Source: Takakia lepidozioides
Lineage: Eukaryota > Plantae > Bryophyta
DNA length: 64,000 nucleotides
Assembly: GCA_030704615.1 (NCBI GenBank)
Contig: CM060734.1
Location: 12,524,001 to 12,588,000, forward strand
Reading direction: 5' to 3'
The notes beneath the pieces are model-generated. The model ran no database searches, was not told the origin of the DNA, and saw only the letters and a program-made list of their open reading frames with translations. How positions within the stretch are numbered: the first letter of the stretch is position 1; each line of letters opens with the position of its first letter. Made by a program: the position numbers and the translations under genes. This document shows positions 27,227-40,302 of the stretch, piece by piece.

Positions 27227-27630
27227 TATAAGCTTCCAGATATGGTGGGCATACATTGTATGCCAGTTAAGCTTCCTGAGAAGCCACAGAAGGTCAGGAA
27301 ATAGTACGGCCAACGGGGGGAAGATGATTCGGATACTACTGGTTCTGTGGATGAAAATTTTGACATGGCTGAGGATTATGCGATACAAATGGCGGAGAAG
27401 AAACAACGGGGATCTCCTATGCCTGAGAAGTTGCCTCCATATCAGTCTAAGGCAGGGCAGTCAACTCCATCTAGTCGACAGTCATCCCCACCAGCCAAAG
27501 ACATGGCTCGGGCTCACACACAAAGCCCTCCGAGGGACTCTCACCAGCAAAAGGGTGTTCGTTCCCAAAGGTTTGTTGATCCTAAATAGTAAACCGTGAG
27601 GACACGGCTTTTTGAGAGGGGGAGGGATAA

Positions 27631-28330
27631 TGTTAGAGGGCTGTCTGGGACTTAGACAGTTTTACGGGTTTTGTGGGGTACCCTTAATTTTGCGCAGACC
27701 TATGGGTGGTAGACTCAGATCAACACAGGCCTTAGGGGTGGCAGACAGGCTCACACAGTCTGTCACAGCCCAACACAGCCTGTCACAGTCAGACACAGCC
27801 AGACACAGCCTGACACAGCCTAACACGACGTGACACAGTCAGTCACAGCCCGACACAACGTTCACAGGGAACGGTTATCATTGGCAGGGAATGACTGTGT
27901 GGGAACGACATCTGCAGAGGGAACGTGTGTTCTGTCTTGGATGACAGTTAGTTAGTTAGGCGGTTAGAACAGCTTGCAGGTAGAATAGGCAGAGTAGCGA
28001 CATGGAGAGGATCACTTCTGGAAGATCGCTTTGGGCATCACGGCGGAGAGCACGATCTTGGAGCACAATGATGGAGATTACCCAGAGGGGGAGATATGAC
28101 GAGATGATGCTTGATACATGCAAGCTGTAGAGATGTACTGTAGGGCAAAATAGAGATACCATGGCTTTGGCCTGATACATGATAGATATAAATCTGATTC
28201 CTATTTCATACTCACACGGTGTAGAGAGATATGAGTGAAGCTGTGGAATGAATGCCTGAGTAGATGGAACATGGTAGATTACAGAAGCAATCTGATACTT
28301 AATCATATACAGTAAGATAACTTGCTAACA
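27631..28330 (+). mobile_element. 3' LTR preceded by a polypurine tract
   Basis: CCGTGAGGACACGG hairpin and GAGAGGGGGAGGGA PPT (27614-27628), then TGTTAG...CTAACA. An alternative right end (...CTCGACA at 28496) coincides with the LINE junction. No 5' partner in the window. Confidence 0.7.
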
Positions 28331-28496
28331 TGAATGCGAGAAGGAATACAAATAGGAAAGCACCCCCATGATACACTAGTTGTAGATCATGATTGATTGT
28401 TCTGAGCGGGAGGAGTACTTAGAGATATCCAACTCTTCTATCTTGGAGTTTCCACCTCGGATAGCGAAGGGATGGGTGAGTAAAAGCTGCTCGACA

Positions 28497-29960
28497 GGAT
28501 AGTGGAGGCAAGATTGGGGGTGGAGGGTGGGTAGGGAGTGGAGGCCGTTATATTTGGTAGCCATGAATTGAAGGAGACCTCTATAGATAAGGCCTAGCCG
28601 GCCAGGGTCATTGAGGGCTTCTTGAAGTTGCTTGCCCAGGGTGTGGGGAGCTGGGTAAGAGCATTGGGGGTGCTGGTGGGTAGGCCGCAAATGCATTTAG
28701 TGAGCTAGATGAAGTGTTTGTAATTAATTTGAGATCTGGGAGAGAGAAGGGGGCTGCGTGGAAAGAGAATTGGACTTGTGGCTTGAGTACGGTTTGAATG
28801 AGGGAGAGTTTGGGATGGATGGATACCGGGGATTTGAGGAGGGCCGTACTTCTGTCAGTCAATTTAGCGATTGTAGTGGATTTTTGTAGGTGCCAAGTAA
28901 GGGAGGGGACTAGTTGTATGCCTAGGTAGGTGTAGGGTTCGTCAGGGCCTAAGAAGGGGAAATTTTTGTTTTGGTAGTGGATATACAATTTGCAGTGTGA
29001 GGCTGTCGTGGCTTTGGTGAGTTTGCTATGATGGGTAGTTGCGGTGACAGCACATTTGCGGAGGCTGAGCTCCATGCCAGACCATTGATTAAATCTAAAT
29101 AGTTCGTATGCTTGTCGGTTGATATGTGGATGGGTGTGGGCGAGGATGGCAAGGTCGTCTGCGTAGGCCGCCGCAGAGATGGTATAGTTAGAGGTTTTAT
29201 AGCGGTAGCCTATCTTACCTCGGTCGATCCATCTAAGAAGGGGCTCTAGGAAGATGATGAACATGTAAGGGCTGAGAGTATCTCCTTGGATAGTGCCTCA
29301 CAAAATTTGGGATAGGGGGAGTGGAACCGTAGTATGAGCCAAAATATTCTGTAGAGCTGTCGGTATAGATGTTGTCGATGAGTTGTATAGTGTCAGTGGG
29401 ATAGCCCAGGTCCGTCATAATGGCGAGAAGTCGGGCGTGGTCAAGAGATCCAAAGGCATTTTTAAAGTCAATGTACAGGAGATAGATGTCTTGTTTAGCG
29501 AGTTTGGCGTCTTCGAGTGCGGATAAGACATATTGTATTTGGCGAGTGGTACTACGAGTGGCACGGAAGCCTTCTTGGGGATCACTAAGAATGCGGTGCT
29601 GCTCTCCATAGCAGGAGAGCATTGTGGTTAGCGTACTAGTGAAGAGTTTGTATATGGTGTTGGCTAAAGCTATAGGGCGGTAGTTACCGAGATCTGTGGG
29701 GTCCCCTTCTTTGTAGAGAAGGATAGTACGGCTATGTTTCCAAGATGGAGGAATAAGTCGTAGGTGATAACAGAGGTGGAAAAATTTGAATAAGAGGGAG
29801 TGAACATGAGGATCTAGAGCTTGGAGTATGACATTGGGGATGAGATCGGGACCGGGGGCTTTGGATTTGGATAGGGATTTGAGACATGAGTCATAAATAG
29901 CTATGGTGAAGAATGAGAGGATGGTATCCTCAGGGGCCCCACGTTTATCTAAGGAGAAAA
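28497..29960 (-). mobile_element. LINE reverse transcriptase fragment
   Basis: KAPGPD, NYRPIALANTIYKLF, QEGFR, YIDFKNAFGS, QGDTLSP, YADDL, YTYLG; frameshifts. Confidence 0.92.
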
Positions 29961-30519
29961 TGAAGTTAGGCAGAAAACTTCCCTGAACTTGTTTCCAATC
30001 AGTGACATGGGGGAGGACATCTTGGATGACCTGTCACGTTCTCTTCTTCATGCAATTCATTTGATTTCGTGCATTGATGGCATGGTCTGTATGTTCTGAA
30101 GTCTGAATCACATAGGCAATGACATGATCATCCCCAGTGTGCAGGGATTGTGTTGGTTGCAATGCATCCGTGTTGCTATTCAGAGTAGAAACAATATTGC
30201 ACATGTATGAACTACAAGTCGCAGCCCCCAAGTCAGTGCAACCAGCAGGAGTGCCTGGTTCCCAACCCACAGTCGATGTAGTCACTAGTGAGGTAGTGCA
30301 TTTCAAACCTCCAGTTGCATCTGTCACTTCAACACTCCAGTTGTCGATTCCACTTGCAAGTCGTGAAGGCAACTAGCAGACAACTCACTGCGCCACGTGC
30401 TGTGGCCTCAGGCTTGCATGTGGCAGGACCCGGGAAGCCACGCGTGTCCTTGAAGGTAACCGCCAGTCCGGTCGCTACTACGAGTCCAGCACTCCGAGAC
30501 ATAGTTCACAACTTCGCTG

Positions 30520-30974
30520 TCTGACCGTGTAGTCGTTGAAACGACTTGCTAGTTATTTTTGAACTAGTGGTTAGTGCTCGTGTAGTACGAGATCATAACT
30601 ATTCAGCAGCATGAAGCAACGCGGCTACGGCGCGTGTCCTGCCTCCAAGAGAACATGTGGAGTTTTCACACCGAGCCACGCGGCTGTATTCCCGACGTGC
30701 ACACGGTGGGGAAGTCAGAACCCCCCGGTCAAAAGTCCACTATGGTCAAGGTCCAAGATTCAGTCAACGCCGCGCGACGTGGCCACACCTTAAAAATTAC
30801 CTGCAGTCGACGTCACGACTGACTGGAACGACTCCGACCACGTAATGACCGGAACGACTGGGCTGTCCGATAGGTCTTGTCCTTTCGGACTCATAGTCGC
30901 CCAGTCATTTTTTTACTGAAACGACTGGTTTCCAGTCGGTTTTTGAGTCGTTATTTCGGCGATTCCTTGTAGTG
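30520..30974 (-). mobile_element. CACTA (En/Spm) terminus with ACGACT/AGTCGT subterminal repeats
   Basis: Minus strand begins CACTACAAG at 30974; many ACGAC/GTCGT motifs in both orientations in the adjacent ~450 bp. Confidence 0.7.
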
Positions 30975-31480
30975 TGTGATGTGTTGTGTGTGAGTATGAT
31001 TGGTGAGTGGGTGGTTTGGGAAGAAAGGTGAGAAGTGGTCAAGGATATGGCGGTAGCTATGCGTGAGCGACAGTCTGGCTGGTAGTATAAATCATATCTT
31101 TCTATGAGTCCGTGGAGAGTTCACTGATAATATTGCTAATAGTGAGAGACCCTGGGTTTGGGTGTATATCGCCGCATCATAGTAATATTATGTTTGAGCA
31201 TATGCTTATGTACGAATTGTTCGTAGAGGGGGGGTGATGGTAATAGTGTTTAGACTTACCTGGGTGGAGTTGGTACCGCCCATGCGGGCCATGGGTGATG
31301 AGGTGAGGTTGGCGATATATATGGTGGAGTATCTTGAGGTTGTGAGGGCTGGTGTGGTGTGGTGGGTCTTTATGGGCAGAGAATTGGTGGGTAGGAAACG
31401 AGATGGTGGAGCTTGTAGGGATTGAATAAATGGGGAGAACATAGTGGGTGAAGTTCGGTTGAGAGATTAGCTTGGAGTAC
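30975..31480 (-). mobile_element. LINE ORF2 N-terminal fragment with second 2A-like motif
   Basis: GRYQLHPGKSKHYYHHPP...ICSNIILL*CGDIHPNPGS (motif 31147-31176) is homologous to GRYPLDKSKHFYHHPP...ICLTLLLLHCGDIHPNPGP at ~5195-5325. Confidence 0.85.
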
Positions 31481-31997
31481 ATAATTGGAATGTAGGTTGG
31501 GAGAGGGGGATGAATGGGATATGCAGAGTTGGAGATGGGTGTAAATTAAACAGTTGTTGGGAGTGGATGAGCGCAGTTGGTATGTGGGGGAGGCTGTGAT
31601 AGGAGGTGAATGTTGTGTTAGCCGAGTGAAGCACCTCACGAATACAGTATGACGTATTGTGTCTGTGTATTAAGTAGGTATTGTTTTGTGTGTCGGTGGC
31701 ATATAATGTGTCATGTAAAGGTAGACATGATGGGTAGTGAGCGCGTGATAATATTGTGGTTGTAGATACATTGCAGTTTCGGGTGATTTGCATAGCAGGG
31801 TTGGCATATGTTGGGTAAAGTATATTTCGTGTGGGGGAGGAGTCAATACGCATGTTCCAGGAATCATACGGTGTGAGGAGGGTATGTAAACAGATTTGGG
31901 AAGATATGGCATGTGTCGGATGAATTATATATCGTGGGTAGCACGCTGGTAAGTGGAAGCAAAAACGTGTATCACGGAGGTTATATGATGCAAAGAA

Positions 31998-32428
31998 GTT
32001 CGCTGTGTAAGAAAATCTGGGAGAGAGCCATGAGCGTGAGATTGTGTGTAGTTCGCCGTGTAAAAAAATCTGGGGAAAGAACCATGAGCGTGAAATTGTG
32101 TGTAGTTCGCTGTGTAAAAAAATATGGGGAGAGAACCCTGAGCGTGAATTTGTGTGTAGTTCGCTGTGTAAAAAAGTCTGGGGAAAGAACCATGAGCGTG
32201 AAATTGTGTGTAGTTCGCTGTGTACAAATGTCTGGGGAGAGAACCATGAGTATGAAATTGTGTGTACTTCGTTGTCTAGAAAAAAATGGGGAGAGAACCA
32301 TGAGTGTGAAATTGTGTGTAGTTCGCTGTGTAAAAAAAATTGGGGAGAGAACCATGAGTGTGAAATTGTGTATAGTTCACTGCGTAAAAAGATCTGGGGA
32401 GAGGACCATGAGTGTGAAATTGTGTGTA
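31998..32428. repeat. 54-bp minisatellite, 8 copies
   Basis: GTTCGCTGTGTAAAAAAATCTGGGGAGAGAACCATGAGYGTGAAATTGTGTGTA at 31998, 32051, 32105, 32159, 32213, 32267, 32321, 32375. Confidence 0.95.
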
Positions 32429-35400
32429 GCTCAGGGAGCCAGCAGCATTGAGAGACTTGTGAAAGTAGAGTGTAGTATGAAGAGTGGAGGTGGGAAGATG
32501 GGGGAGCAATGTCCCCGAGTATCAAGTAGTCATGAGTAGCTTGAACGAAAGAGCTGCAATGTTTTGAATTCCGGTCACTTGAGAGATAACGTATACGAGC
32601 ATTCTGGGAAAAAATGCAAGAGTCTTTGTGCATGGAGAGTGCAGCAGAGATTGTCTTGTGATGTAGTACAGTATATGATAAATGGAAGAGCATTGCAGGC
32701 ATGTGGTACATTAGCTGCCGACTGTTTGGATCTTGGTAGCAAATTGAATAGTAATTAAGAGGCACATCAGGGATGTGCACTAATGAGCGGGCACAATTAC
32801 AACGCAAAGAATGCAGGATAAAGAAAGAGAGAAGGGGGTGGTGACGGTGTCTTTGGGGAGAGATGCACCAGATTCGCTGCTGGTTGCTGTGGAGTACATG
32901 AAGGGGAGGGGCAGCATCCCCTGGGACATCCTCATCTGGAGCAAATAACGCCATTTGAATGTAGTAGTCAAGAGTAAGGGCCCATTGATGGCTGCTGCAT
33001 GGTCTGGTAAGGCTGCAGATATTTGAGAGTTTGAAGCAGAGTGAACTATATCTGCAGTAACGAGGAAGAACATTGGATTAGCCGGGCCAATAGTAATTGG
33101 AAGGAGTAGGGGGAGAGAGCAACAAGACAGCACTGTTGTAATATGTAGAGGGGCAGTTAATTTCTACCACGTACCCGGATAGTGGGTGGGTGGTGAACCA
33201 GTAAGTAGTAGAGTACAGGTCATACAGTGGGATAACAATTTTATGGAATTTAACAAGGTACTGTGAGATGATGGCACCTGGGAGGGCAGTAGTTATATGG
33301 CCATTGTGCGTGTAATGACTGTGTGTCATGATGGTAGCTCTCCACATACACGCTGAGATAAAGAGATTGTAGGTCCATGAGTAGCTTGCATGTCCAAGTT
33401 ATCTCACGTTCTTGGGCTGGAGCAGATGTTCTGAGAGCTTACAACATGCAGGGTAGTGGGCATCGTCGTCTGCTTCCTCTACTGTGATCTGCATTGTTCA
33501 TGTTTCAGCTCAGCCAATTCAACCTCCAGAAGATCAACTTTTTCTCCAGCCTCTTCCAGTTGTGATTGGTGCATGGTCAGTAGTCCTTTGAGCTCCAAAA
33601 ATCTGTCATTCAATACATTTGCACTGCCCTTATGATGAGTTGTCCTCTCCCCTGCGGCCTTGGCAGTCTTTCTGAGTTCTTTCATCTCATGTAAGGTTTG
33701 TAGTTCTTGTTCCAGCTCAGCCACTTTGGCTTCCAACGGGCCAATTTTCACTGTACAATCCTTTTGATGTACTGCCAATAGACTCTCGAGCTCCACAGAT
33801 ATGTCACTCATATCATTTGCAGTGGTAGTGGCAGCATGGGCAGCGTTGCCTTTTTCCAGGATTTTCTTGAGAAGCACACCTAAGGGACATACCATAAATA
33901 ACCAGGCCGGTGCAGTCATGAGTGCCACCATCGTGATCTTTAATCACAAAAGAAGCGTTTCCACTGAGAAGCTTCACATCTGCTGTGACTAGTGTGGTAT
34001 AGGTGGATATAACCTGCTGGGGCAGAATAGGTAGAGTGGATCCATTTGTTGTAGAGAGCCACAGCAACGTTGGCAGGAAATAAATGCTGTTGTTGAAATG
34101 ATTGGTCTTGAGGACGAGAGTGGAGATGGAGCAACTAGTAGCATCAAGAAGCATTATAAGGGCGGGAGCATTCTCCAAAATGACCACATCAGTGTAGGAG
34201 TTGCAGCGTCCAGTGTCTTGATGTAGAAAGATCTTCATGGTGTGGGAACCGGGCCTGTGAAAGTTGAACGTAGCACAGATGTGATCGACCAAACAATTTG
34301 GCCATGGGAGTGTCCGTGCCGGGGCCTGGCTGTCCAGTTGAAGGGTCGAGGCTCCCAATGTAGTGTGCAGTAAGCCGAGCGACCACAATAAGAACATCCT
34401 GCAACACCTAGGGGAATAGGAAATGAAAGCAGAGATCTTATAAGATGGGGTGTTGGGGGCGACACTGCACTTGTAGAAGTGGTCGAGCATAAGCCTAGGG
34501 TTGCTTCCTGGTTGAGCTGTGGAGACTGACATCGTGTTTCTAGAGGATACCGACCTTTTCTTGACAATACAGCGCAGTTCGTCAGGCTGGAGCAACGAAA
34601 TGGCCGCAGGGAGGTTGGAAGCTCTCCGTGTGTTCCCACTATCATGTGTCGTGGGGGTGCTTGTACCAGGAAGTGGGATGCACAGCCTGGTCACATCAAG
34701 ATCGGCTTGCGCAGCAGGAATGTCTTTGTTGAGATGCATGTAAGATCTTTGGGGAGAAGCCTTGTACATCTCATAATGCTTGGAGGAGTCGACAACCATG
34801 AGTTGAAAATCATGTTGTCCTTCGCAATGGGGGAGTCTGGACACAATCAACAACAGGTGGCAAGCGCATGTGAACATATATCGGGTCAAGCTGGGGGCTA
34901 ACTAAGGCCAGTTAGAGGAGTCGGGTCCTTTATGCAACATCTCCGCCACAAGCATTGTGGCAAAGCGTTTTAGCGGTGAGCTTGGCCTCGAACTTCTTGA
35001 AAGAGGAGTTGGAACATAAAAACCCCGCTAAAAGCAACAGTAAAAAGCTTAAAAGAAGCACCTTGATATACTTGTAAGTCATGGTGGCAGGCCTTGGGAG
35101 AGAACGAAGAGACCACCTCGCAGCAGCATGCGAGACGGGGGCAGGAGCCATGGCGGCGACCCTGGCTAAACGTAGAGGACCTGGCAAAGTAGCGGAGCCA
35201 CTAAAGAGGAGGCAAGTGCGCATGGGCTTCCAAGCACGCATTTCTGATTCTGCGGAATCCCTCTTGACCCATGTAACTCTATGAGAGCATCTCGCGGTAT
35301 CGTCATCTAGTTCCCGTCCCGCTTCAAGCACTTGCGAAGACCAATTTTCCCGGTCTGCGGGTTCTTTGTCCTGAGCTTGCCCACTTTATGGAAAGCAACA

Positions 35401-35779
35401 TTGAAGCCAGGGCGTCGTTGTACCTATCTGCCTAAAAGTATAGCTTGAGCTTGTTGATGCCGAGTCACTCTGCCATTCGCACTACCGGGAGGGGCTTCAT
35501 CCTGCACAATGGGATTCGTGGAGGAGCCCCATTCCTGAGCAAGTGCGCAATCGAGCTCATAGTGTGGTTCATTGCACTTGTTGTCAATGACAAAAGAGCT
35601 TGGATCCGACCAAGATAGCTGGGGCGGTCAGCATGTGTGCCCATGTAACCCCTCTCGTGTCTTATTTTCCGCATCTGGAAGGCGGGGAGAGATTCGGCTC
35701 TTGTAAGCGGAAATTGAACACCCTTCCTGGTTTGGATGCAGATTCGACGTACAGGGCGGACAGGGACCGGACAACTTCT

Positions 35780-36260
35780 CCATGCACCTCCTTGAACTAT
35801 CCATCTCAATGAGGTTGGCCACGGGTGACTGGATCTTAGAATGGCCGCTACCAGATGATATCTAACCAGTCGGCTCCAGGGACTAGTCAGGTGCGTAAAA
35901 ACCCTAGGTACCCACTTAGCTAAAAATGCCGAGATTTGAGATTGCGGATCCAACACTCCCAGGCCTCCATGTTTCTTCTTATGACAGATTTGGGCCCAAC
36001 TGACCAAGGCCCTTTTGTTTGAGGAGGTAGTCGTGGCTTCCTAGATGAAGTTCCTCACCAAAGAGTTGATGTGCTTGATAATATAAGACCCAGGAGACCA
36101 CACTAAGGCAATGGACCACGTAGAAGCCAGTAGGATTTGATTAACCACCAGTGCTCTACCCACCACAGTAAGGTGCAATGAACTCCACTATGAGAGTTTC
36201 CTTTTCAGCTTGGTGAGGACAGCTGCAAAACAAGTGCCTTCACTGAGATTGTGTCCAATC
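35780..36260 (-). mobile_element. L1/Tx1-type LINE post-RT fragment
   Basis: LVSWAQICHKKKHGGLGVLD...AFLAKW motif typical of plant L1 ORF2. Confidence 0.7.
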
Positions 36261-36519
36261 TCATGTAGGATCTAATTGAAGAAGAAGGATCCATCGTTGG
36301 GGAGTGAGGAACAAGCAGGCCCAAGGAGTCTTGACTTTTATCCATCAGGTGTCCTAGGCCATTGGCCGCAATTAAGAATAGAAAAGGAGCGAGTAGGCAG
36401 CCCTACCTCATTGATTTGAACAGAGGAAAAGATTTGGAAAGGACCCGTTTCCTTCCATCAGAGATCAATCCACTACGGAGGAACCTTCATCACAACGCCA
36501 AACCCCTGCATCTCCCACT

Positions 36520-37871
36520 GTCAATGCAATGGTACTGCGGGAGAAGAACATGCTCCCCAATGTGGTGGGGTCCATGTGCCCTGATGACGTTTGGCACATA
36601 GAACACACCAGTGCTGGGTCTCAAGTGAAATGTTCGGTGCTCCGGGCCACCACATTCGAAAAGTGCACGTCATTCATATCCAGAGCTAGTGCATGGACTC
36701 TGCCTCCGACTTTCTCTGGTTTGTTTCGCCCATACGGGAAAGCAGAGGCAAAGAACCACAAATTATGGTTATGCGTTGACGACTGTGGTAGATGCGTGCG
36801 TGGGACTGTGCGACCATCGGTGGTCGTGAAGCCTTCTCCACCAAGTGTTTGGTTTGTGAAGGTGAGGACAGATCTCACAACTCAGGAGATTGCAATGCTC
36901 GAGGATGTAGGCGTCTCATTTGCATGACAACCCACTGTACATGCAAGTGCTTCAAGTTCTGGCAGTTCTCAAGTGCCTCCTGCAGACGCTCATTTACATC
37001 CAACTAAACGGAATGGAAATCTGGTTCGACGTTTCCCTCCAACCGCAGAACACTTCGGCAAGGTCGAATACGCAAGAATGCTTCAAGCTAGTGTTACGGA
37101 AGTTCCTGATCCGGAGTATGGTCGGGTCTACACAAGATGACATCGAGACAAGACAAATCATACGACATCACTGTTTCGAATTTCCCCAATTGCACCTATC
37201 CGGATTTTGTTGGCATACTTTCAACTAGTTTGGGAAAGAGGGGCAAATTCATACCCTGCAAACAGCTGTATTTCATATTCTTGAAGATGATGGTTTGTGA
37301 TCCCAAGCGCGACATCTTCATTCACCAGGCCACTATGAATTTCAACGAGGTCAACACACTTATGCAGTGGGATATAAGCACATAGCTATCATCATGTTCA
37401 CTTTGGTCCTCTGCAATTTTCGTTACTGGATTTCATATGAAATGAATCTTGAACTTGATGTCCCTTGGTATATTTGGTACTAGTGCAGCCTACAATTATG
37501 TTGTGCAATGTGTGCCATTTCTTATGTGTAACCGTTGTGAAATAAATGGAATGGATGCGAATGCTTTCACAAGTCGTTTCTGGTTTGTCATTTGTGGTGT
37601 TTTGGTTTCCGGTTTTGATGAATGAATGCCACGGCTATAGGCCCCTCGGCTATAGGTGCAATATATTTCTGTTGACATGGCGTCCGCCACGTTGTCCAAA
37701 TGCCACGTCATCTTTTCGACTGCCACGTCAGCAGGCTCTTGCCACGTCAGCTTCATGCTCACGCCACGTCAGCGTGACCCTACGCTCACGCCACATTAGC
37801 TGGTGTGAGCGTACGCTCACGCCACGTCACCATTGTGTGAGCGTACGCTCACACGCTCACGCGGTAGCGTC
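36520..37871 (+). mobile_element. MULE 3' end: transposase C-terminus with degenerate SWIM finger and right TIR
   Basis: WHIEHT...KLWLCVDDCGRCVRG...VWFVKV, then YDITVSNFPNCTYPDF...IPCKQLYFIF (eroded CxC..CxH). GTGAGCGTACGCTCAC-rich terminal repeat at 37761-37871. Confidence 0.7.
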
Positions 37872-38400
37872 GTCCAATGAAGAAGCTCAGCTGGTGGCGT
37901 TGGAATGGTCTTTCCGGAAATAGAGCATAAAACTTTAATCTCATAAAAATGAGAGCTGGCAAGGAGCTGATCTAGCCGAGAGGCAGACAGGGTTCCATCA
38001 TAATGCACTCTGAAGCAAATACAGGAGATGTTATCTTGAGCACTAGAAATAGCAAGTGCAGCCATAAGTTTAGAGCTGCTGGAAAAACCTATCCATCGGC
38101 AGAAGGAAATTAGATTGGGTTGGGAGAGAAGAGTTGTCCAGCATAAGAGGAGACTGCCCATCACCGTGTCCCGCCAGAGGTAACTCTTCTCAAGGAGAAT
38201 CCCACCAAAGCAGCTGCGGGAGATATGAGCTTGTCCACTACCATATCCCAAAAATGCAAGAGATGAGAAAAACCAGCAGACGCCCAGAAGGTCCAGCGTT
38301 TAGTACAGCAGATGAGATCTTCGGAGTCCCTGTTAAAATAACCAAACAACGGCTGTCTAATCACCTCGTCAAAGGAAGTAGGCTTGGTTCGGGATAAGGT
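37872..38400 (-). mobile_element. L1-type APE endonuclease fragment
   Basis: HYDGTLSASRLDQ motif; heavily frameshifted. Confidence 0.4.
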
Positions 38401-39002
38401 AGTGTCTCCCTTCATTCAGTAGGCCGACGTGGCTGCATGCAGAAAGAACACAAATAAAGGTGATACTATCCGGCTTCAAGCCTTCCTTGTGCATTACTTC
38501 AAATAGTTGGACGGCCTCCCTATGACAACCATGCTACAAATATCCTACGATCATTGTGTTCCATGCCACCAGATTTTGGTCAGCCATATGGTCAAACACT
38601 CCTTTTGCATCCTCAATGCTGCCACATTTGGCATACATGTCCACCGGGGCAGAATTCAGAATGACATCTGGCACAATTCCCGCTCTGATGATGTCACCAT
38701 GGACCTCTTTGGCCTATCCCAGGGCTGTCAGGCTTGCGCACGCATTGCAAATGCAAATGAATGTCACCCGGTTGGGCTTCACCCCTTCCCACATCATTTG
38801 GTCATACGTCTCCAAAGCATCCATCCCACACCCATGTTGGGCATCCTGAATAGAGTATGGACCAAATTCGTGGTCACGTGTGCAGTCTTGGTTCCCCTGT
38901 AGTCACATTCCAAGCTTAGTTACTTCCACAGGTTCAGCCAAGAAGAAAATGAGTTAAACAGTGGATGAGGATTGCATTTCACTTACTTGTTGATGTCATG
39001 CA

Positions 39003-39823
39003 TTGCCGTCAGAAGTTGGGTTTTGCGTTGGACATTGCAAGTGCATGAATACTTCTTGCCCTCGCCTGAGAAATAGCTCTAAACCAAACAAAAGTGAGTG
39101 GGAAGGGGTGCCCCTGAATCCTTACACACCAGGGCTTGCCCCTCCCAAGACCAATACTTTTGTGTGCAGGTTCTGCAAACTTGCCCCGTCTTGTGTTTCT
39201 GTGTGTCATACTCATATGTACCAGGTGGCACACCGGTGCAAGACAATGACTCGTGCCTGCATTCATATGGGTACACACGAGCATCATGTGTCAAAGGGAA
39301 GTTGCAGGGATAGCGTAGACATCGCTAGAAATCTTCTGAAGCAAGAGTTCCACAATGCCCCTTGTGCAACACCTTTGACTATAGCCCTTGCAGCTAGCAA
39401 GGCATTCCTGGAAAAACACATACTGGGTGAAGGGGATGCGACACAACCAATGGTGGATGCAGATTCGCTTGATGCAATGATGGACCATTTCTCCGTGTTG
39501 AGCTCTCCCAATATTCGAAACTGAACACTCCTCCAAGGTTGGATGGAGATTCCCATCGCCCGGACAGGGTCAATTTCTCTGTACCAAAGGTGTCTCCGGT
39601 GCAGACTAAGTCATGTGCCCGCCCCTTCCCAGGTGGGTCCTCTTCCAGTGGAACAGGTGCAAATCATGCAAGCACAGCAGCAGGAATCCCATTGGAGGAG
39701 GTGGTGTCCTTGGTGCATGAATCTGATTGCATTGACAGTAAGTGGCATATAGAACGCACCCCACCAGGATCTAGAGTGGCTTGCATGGCAATTCGGACCC
39801 CCTCTTTCAAGAAATGCAAATAA
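39003..39823 (+). pseudogene. MULE transposase fragments: N-terminal GCM-like Zn domain fused to a C-terminal piece (DDE core deleted)
   Basis: CVGHCKCMNTSC...CRFCK..PSCVSVC...RACIHMGTHEH (GCM-like). 39539-39823 (ESDC..SKWHIERTPPGSRVAC) is homologous to ORFs 36529-36927 and 48778-49368. Confidence 0.65.
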
Positions 39824-39829
39824 AAAATA

Positions 39830-40302
39830 TGCAAAGGCGTTGCCTTTCGGATCCAGCACCATTGAGGCCACAACGTAATGCCAGTCCTCTTCTGTGCTGT
39901 GATATTTGGAAATGACGTTCATCCAGGCAAGCAACCTGTGGTTGCCATCCCAGACATGAACGTTTCCCCGAAAAAACCTGGGTCGACAGCCTCTTGCAAA
40001 TGTGAGCCTCAAAAGAGCCCAGCTACTGACAATGGAATCGTCCACCAACACCTATTTTCCACTAGCATCGCTCAAGGACACATAAAACACCCCCGAGCCC
40101 TCTATTTATCCGTGACAAAAATCTTGTTCCAACTTCGTGATATCATTCATGAGGGTTGGCCGAACGACGGATATTGATATCATGCCACAGAGGGGGATCA
40201 TGATCCTTCCTCTTGGTACGCCCATTGACTTGATCACTTGGGCAGAATTTACCTTGGAATACCCCATGAGCTTCGCAGCCCACTCTTCGTAGTAGGGGTC
40301 AT
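39830..40302 (-). pseudogene. ParB/Sulfiredoxin-like N-terminal domain fragment
   Basis: IPLCGMISISVVRP...DITKLEQDF.HG*..G..VFYVS...HVWDGNHRLLAW; DGNHR is the ParB/Srx signature. Two in-frame stops. Confidence 0.65.

Noticed and set aside
27631-28496. A second split-LTR element (LTR-like end at 28330 plus 166 extra bp ending GACA)
   Set aside because: 28331-28496 is not a copy of the LTR start, unlike B2 in the DNMT element; more likely an ambiguous LTR end.
15554-28501. GGATA at 15554 and 28497 as a TSD for one 13-kb insertion in the LINE
   Set aside because: No TG/LTR start follows 15558 and the interval holds several unrelated elements; a chance 5-mer.
31467-32954. 495-aa ORF with 18-aa His/Ser repeats and overlapping Cys-rich ORFs
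   Set aside because: Open frames on both strands are explained by a stop-poor 54-bp minisatellite; no protein motif.
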